From positions 1-64,000 of IMG/VR virus record IMGVR_UViG_3300032304_001768: a DNA stretch of 64,000 nucleotides; one strand, 5' to 3'. Under the pieces are notes generated by a model. That model was not told the origin of the DNA. It ran no database searches and was given only the letters and a program-made list of their open reading frames with translations. The DNA is from a virus. Below, piece after piece: positions 61,178-64,000 of this stretch. The position numbers were made by a program, and so were the translations under genes. Position 1 is the stretch's first letter. Each line of letters begins with the position of its first letter.

Positions 61178-61212
61178 CAAGCCCTCTCCAAAAAAGAGGG
61201 CTTGATTTTTTT
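61178..61212 (+). terminator. Rho-independent terminator
   Basis: CAAGCCCTCT/AGAGGGCTTG stem plus T-run. Confidence 0.85.
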
Positions 61213-61344
61213 GGATATTATGGTTTTATAGAAGATATCGTTGACCAAAAACGTGAGTCAACTGAAAAGGCAGAGAGTGTGCTAAAAACATTTCGACACC
61301 GCGAAGCGGGAGCTTAAAAGGCTTGCAAACAACGAAAATAAATT

Positions 61345-61944
61345 ATGAAAAATCATAGAGTAAAATACACAAGGCAAGAGTATCGAGAAGAATACTTAAA
61401 AAGTAAAGAATGGCAAAATTTGCGTTCTTTGGTTATATCAGCGAAATGCGCTTGTCAATGTTGTAAAGAATCAGATGCTACAGATGTGCATCATTTGGTA
61501 TACAGAAATTTAGTGGATGTAACAATTAATGATTTAATTCCTGTATGTAGGACTTGTCATAATCTTATACATGAAGCCATAGACAATTCTTACATATCAC
61601 AAGATGTTAAAGATTTTGAAAATATTAAAATCAAAACAATCAATCTATTTGATGATCCAGTATATAAAGAATGGAAAACTTGGATAACGTCCAAGCATTT
61701 CTTATCAGTTGAAGATATTCAGTTAATAACTGAGTTGCAGCCTTTTGTAATAAAAAGAATTGCTGGTATCATAAAGAAAAATATTTGGTATAATGATTTA
61801 CCGAATGTAAAATTCACAGGTCGTCAAATATTAAAAATACAAAAAATTGTAAAATTGGGCGTTCGAAGAAAAAAAGACGGATTGGATCGACCACGAAAAC
61901 TTTCAGAATATCAAATCGACAAAATCATCAGAAAAAAGAATTGA
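61345..61944 (+). CDS. HNH endonuclease
   Basis: 'YLKSKEW', 'CQCC', 'VHHL.Y', 'L..VCRTCH..IH'. Confidence 0.85.
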   Translation: MKNHRVKYTRQEYREEYLKSKEWQNLRSLVISAKCACQCCKESDATDVHHLVYRNLVDVTINDLIPVCRTCHNLIHEAIDNSYISQDVKDFENIKIKTINLFDDPVYKEWKTWITSKHFLSVEDIQLITELQPFVIKRIAGIIKKNIWYNDLPNVKFTGRQILKIQKIVKLGVRRKKDGLDRPRKLSEYQIDKIIRKKN

Positions 61945-61969
61945 CATTCATTAAACACTGTGCTAAGGT
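61941..61969 (+). promoter_or_regulatory. Sigma70-type promoter of the tRNA array
   Basis: TTGACA-N17-TAAGGT. Confidence 0.6.
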
Positions 61970-62065
61970 GCTTACATCACTCGCCGCTGGCAACGCCGAC
62001 AGCGACTGATACCAACCCGAAAGCGAGGTTGGTAAGATTGCTCTTTGAAATTTCAAAAATTAAAT

Positions 62066-62140
62066 GGTCTCATCGTCTATCGGTTAGGACAAAAGATTTT
62101 CAATCTTTAGAGGCGGGTTCGATTCCCGCTGGGACTACCA
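62066..62140 (+). tRNA. tRNA-Glu(TTC)
   Basis: Full cloverleaf; AAAGA-TTTTCAA-TCTTT anticodon arm; encoded CCA. Confidence 0.92.
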
Positions 62141-62153
62141 TTTAAAAATTAAT

Positions 62154-62187
62154 AGCGGATAGAACAAGATGGTTAGTTGTCAGTTTC
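62154..62187 (+). pseudogene. Isolated 5' tRNA fragment
   Basis: AGCGGATAGAACAAGATGGTTAGTTGTCAGTTTC resembles acceptor, D-arm and anticodon 5' strand; no 3' half found. Confidence 0.45.
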
Positions 62188-62212
62188 TGCTGCTAGTGTA
62201 AATAACATCAGA

Positions 62213-62755
62213 ATGAAATACACAATTTATAAGATTACTAATAATCTCAATGGTAAGTTTTACATCGGTAAACACCAAACAACAAATCCAAATGATACGT
62301 ATTTTGGATCAGGAAAAGCGATTATCAATGCTATTAAATTTTACGGTAAGTCAAACTTCACGAAAGAGGTGTTGTTCATTTTCGATTCTGAGTTTGAGAT
62401 GAACGCTAAAGAAAAAGAACTCATTACTGAGGAATTTGTGGCAATGCCAGATACTTACAATCTTGGAATTGGTGGTGAAGGTGGTGCGCATTTTAAAGGT
62501 AGACGACATTCTTTAAAAACTAAAGAGAAAATTTCTGTATCGAATACAGGAAAGTCTCTTTCAGAAGAAAGTAGGCAAAAATCTATTGGGAGAAAACATT
62601 CAATAATCACAAAACAAAAAATTTCACTTGCTGCAAAATCAAGGAAAGTTTCTGACGAAACAAAACAGAAGATTTCCAAAGCTTTGAAAGGTAGAAAAGT
62701 CTCAACAGAGACTAAAGAAAAAATTTCCAATACGATGAAAGCTCGTAATAAATAA
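62213..62755 (+). CDS. GIY-YIG homing endonuclease with NUMOD3 repeats (SegB-like position)
   Basis: 'TIYKITN...FYIGKH', 'YFGSG', 'YN...GG', 'GRKHS..TK.KIS'. Confidence 0.92.
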   Translation: MKYTIYKITNNLNGKFYIGKHQTTNPNDTYFGSGKAIINAIKFYGKSNFTKEVLFIFDSEFEMNAKEKELITEEFVAMPDTYNLGIGGEGGAHFKGRRHSLKTKEKISVSNTGKSLSEESRQKSIGRKHSIITKQKISLAAKSRKVSDETKQKISKALKGRKVSTETKEKISNTMKARNK

Positions 62756-62761
62756 TTCAAA

Positions 62762-62855
62762 AGCAGGGTAGAGAAGATCGGTCGATCTCGCTTGGCTCAT
62801 AACCAAGAGGCTACTCAAACGCGCATAAGTGGTTCGAATCCCGCCCCTGCAACCA
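62762..62855 (+). tRNA. tRNA-Met(CAT), initiator-like, with atypical variable/T region
   Basis: 1:72 mismatch; CTTGG-CTCATAA-CCAAG; TTCGAAT; ACCA end; about 15 extra nt before the T loop. Confidence 0.75.
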
Positions 62856-62860
62856 TTCAA

Positions 62861-63000
62861 GTGCTGTAGAATAGAGATACTTCTAAAAGGAAAATCGGTA
62901 TCGAAAGATGTGTGGGTTCGAATCCCACTCAGGCTCAATAAGTGGTCTGATGGCGGAATGGTAGACGCGCTGATAATAAAAAGCCTCTGTTCGTTTGTTG
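62861..63000 (+). ncRNA. Circularly permuted tRNA-like RNA (YrlA/Y RNA-like or permuted tRNA-Leu)
   Basis: 3' half (62894-62935) precedes 5' half (62944-62974); acceptor and anticodon stems pair across the halves; flanks also pair. Confidence 0.8.
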
Positions 63001-63010
63001 CCTTGTTAAT

Positions 63011-63085
63011 GGGAGAGTAGCCAAGAGGTAAGGCAAGAATTTCATAAGTTCTGTATCGCAGGTTCGAATCCTGCCTCTCCTACCA
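63011..63085 (+). tRNA. tRNA with CAT anticodon (Met elongator or Ile2)
   Basis: Canonical cloverleaf; AGAAT-TTCATAA-GTTCT; CCA. Confidence 0.9.
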
Positions 63086-63089
63086 TTAA

Positions 63090-63162
63090 TGCTTGTTGGA
63101 TCTTCTTCATGTCGCGATAAGAAGGTGCCTACCATCGGTGTGAACCCGAAAGCAAGCAACCA
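63090..63162 (+). ncRNA. CCA-ended tRNA-like RNA without a D-arm
   Basis: TGCTTGT/GCAAGCA acceptor plus ACCA; long hairpin; TCGG-TGTGAAC-CCGA T-like arm. Confidence 0.6.
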
Positions 63163-63182
63163 TTTCTTGATAACGTTTCTAT

Positions 63183-63267
63183 GGGTAGATGGGTGAACGG
63201 TTAAACCAGCTGATTGTAAATCAGCCCCTTTATTGGATTGTAGGTTCGAATCCTACTCTGCCCACCA
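63183..63267 (+). tRNA. tRNA-Tyr(GTA)
   Basis: Cloverleaf with long variable region; GCTGA-TTGTAAA-TCAGC; CCA. Confidence 0.93.
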
Positions 63268-63270
63268 AAT

Positions 63271-63361
63271 AGTTGCATGGAACTAAACAATAAGGCCAAT
63301 GGTAGATCTGGACTCTAATATAGATCCGTGTTCTTTGTAGGTTCGAGTCCTACTGTGACTA
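63271..63361 (+). ncRNA. Atypical tRNA-like RNA with CT-CTA-AT loop
   Basis: AGTTGCA/TGTGACT acceptor; perfect T arm GTAGG-TTCGAGT-CCTAC; GATCTG/TAGATC stem; no encoded CCA. Confidence 0.55.
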
Positions 63362-63447
63362 TGATATTGTCGCGTTGATCGGTGACTGATTTGGAATAAG
63401 CAGGAGTAAGTCCAAAGAGAATGATGATAAATCCTGCACAATTTATT

Positions 63448-63539
63448 GGAAGTATGGCAGAGCGGTCTATTGCACTATCTTGGAAAGATAGAGGTCGCCA
63501 AATGGTGGCCCATAGGTTCAAATCCTATTACTTCCGCCA
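63448..63539 (+). tRNA. tRNA-Ser(GGA)
   Basis: Cloverleaf, long variable arm, G discriminator, CCA. Confidence 0.95.
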
Positions 63540-63547
63540 GTTTTAAT

Positions 63548-63625
63548 GGGGCTGTATCGGAACTGCCTTCTAAGCAGTGGCACCGTAAAGGATCGATGCA
63601 GGTTCGAATCCTGCCAGCCCTGCCA
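63548..63625 (+). tRNA. tRNA-Arg(TCT), non-canonical (no in-place D-arm)
   Basis: GGGGCTG/CAGCCCT acceptor; ACTGC-CTTCTAA-GCAGT; perfect T arm; GCCA end. Confidence 0.8.
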
Positions 63626-63789
63626 TTTTTCTCGTTTGGGCGCGTAACGACAAGATACGTTGGAGATGGCTCATGCCAGAGTCTCTGCAAGAGAGAATAA
63701 TCAATAGAATAGGCGCGGGCATTAAGCGCAATAAAAATAATTATTAATCAAAGCAGCGTAGCAAAGCTTGTTAACGAGAATCATTTTAT

Positions 63790-63881
63790 GGGTGTGTGGT
63801 CGAGTCTGGTTTATGGCGTCGCACTTGAAATGCGAAGGTGGTGAAAGCTGCCCGTGGGTTCAAATCCTACCGCACCCGCCA
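63790..63881 (+). tRNA. tRNA-Ser(TGA)
   Basis: Cloverleaf; TCGCA-CTTGAAA-TGCGA; long variable arm; GCCA. Confidence 0.95.
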
Positions 63882-63889
63882 AATTTAAT

Positions 63890-63966
63890 CCCTGTCTGGT
63901 GTAAGTGGTCTGCACGATTCGCTGAAGACGAGTAGGATACCTGATCGAAACGGGTGACAGGGGCCA
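63890..63966 (+). tRNA. tRNA-Phe(GAA), atypical T-loop
   Basis: CCCTGTC/GACAGGG acceptor; ATTCG-CTGAAGA-CGAGT; T-loop ATCGAAA; CCA. Confidence 0.85.
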
Positions 63967-63973
63967 TTTTAAT

Positions 63974-64000
63974 TGGGGTGAAGTCTAATGGTTTGACACC
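63974..64000 (+). tRNA. 5' part of a further tRNA, cut by the window edge
   Basis: TGGGGTGAAGTCTAATGGTTTGACA looks like an acceptor strand plus D-arm (GTC/GAC). Confidence 0.55.

Noticed and set aside
62861-63000. Two-piece tmRNA interpretation of the permuted RNA
   Set aside because: It has a full D stem and variable arm of Leu type and no downstream tag reading frame or pseudoknot region.
62702-63700. ORF-track entries over the tRNA region
   Set aside because: They overlap clear tRNA or ncRNA structures and have no protein-like motifs.
1-64000. Active stop-codon reassignment (genetic code 15 or 4)
   Set aside because: All core genes are full length under the standard code, TGA is used as a stop with ATGA overlaps, and no gene is broken by TAG.

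Overview
This is a 64-kb, AT-rich segment of a T4-like (myovirus-type) dsDNA bacteriophage genome. The host cannot be determined from the sequence. Layout: (i) a minus-strand replication/recombination block at 1-20 kb (sliding clamp, gp32, gp59-like, degenerate DHH protein, gp41 helicase, UvsX, family-B polymerase, gp46/47, gp55, UvsW, UvsY); (ii) small late genes, PhoH and nucleases; (iii) a 9-gene glycosyltransferase/methyltransferase cluster; (iv) a head/neck/baseplate module (gp15, portal, gp13, gp4, gp21, gp22, gp23, split gp5); (v) a ClpP-like protease, intein-containing nrdA and nrdB; (vi) the start of a tRNA array. The most unusual signals are these. The tRNA array contains several rewired tRNA-like RNAs: a circularly permuted Leu-type/YrlA-like RNA, an Arg(UCU) tRNA whose D-loop appears moved behind the anticodon arm, an RNA with a CUA (amber)-type loop, and a CCA-ended D-armless RNA. 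By manual reading, none of the roughly 70 accepted genes ends in TAG. Many promoters sit 5-8 nt upstream of start codons, implying leaderless mRNAs. A catalytically dead DHH protein lies beside the helicase. A prohead-region protein carries an ArfA-like motif. All calls come from motif recognition and manual base-pairing only; no database searches were run.
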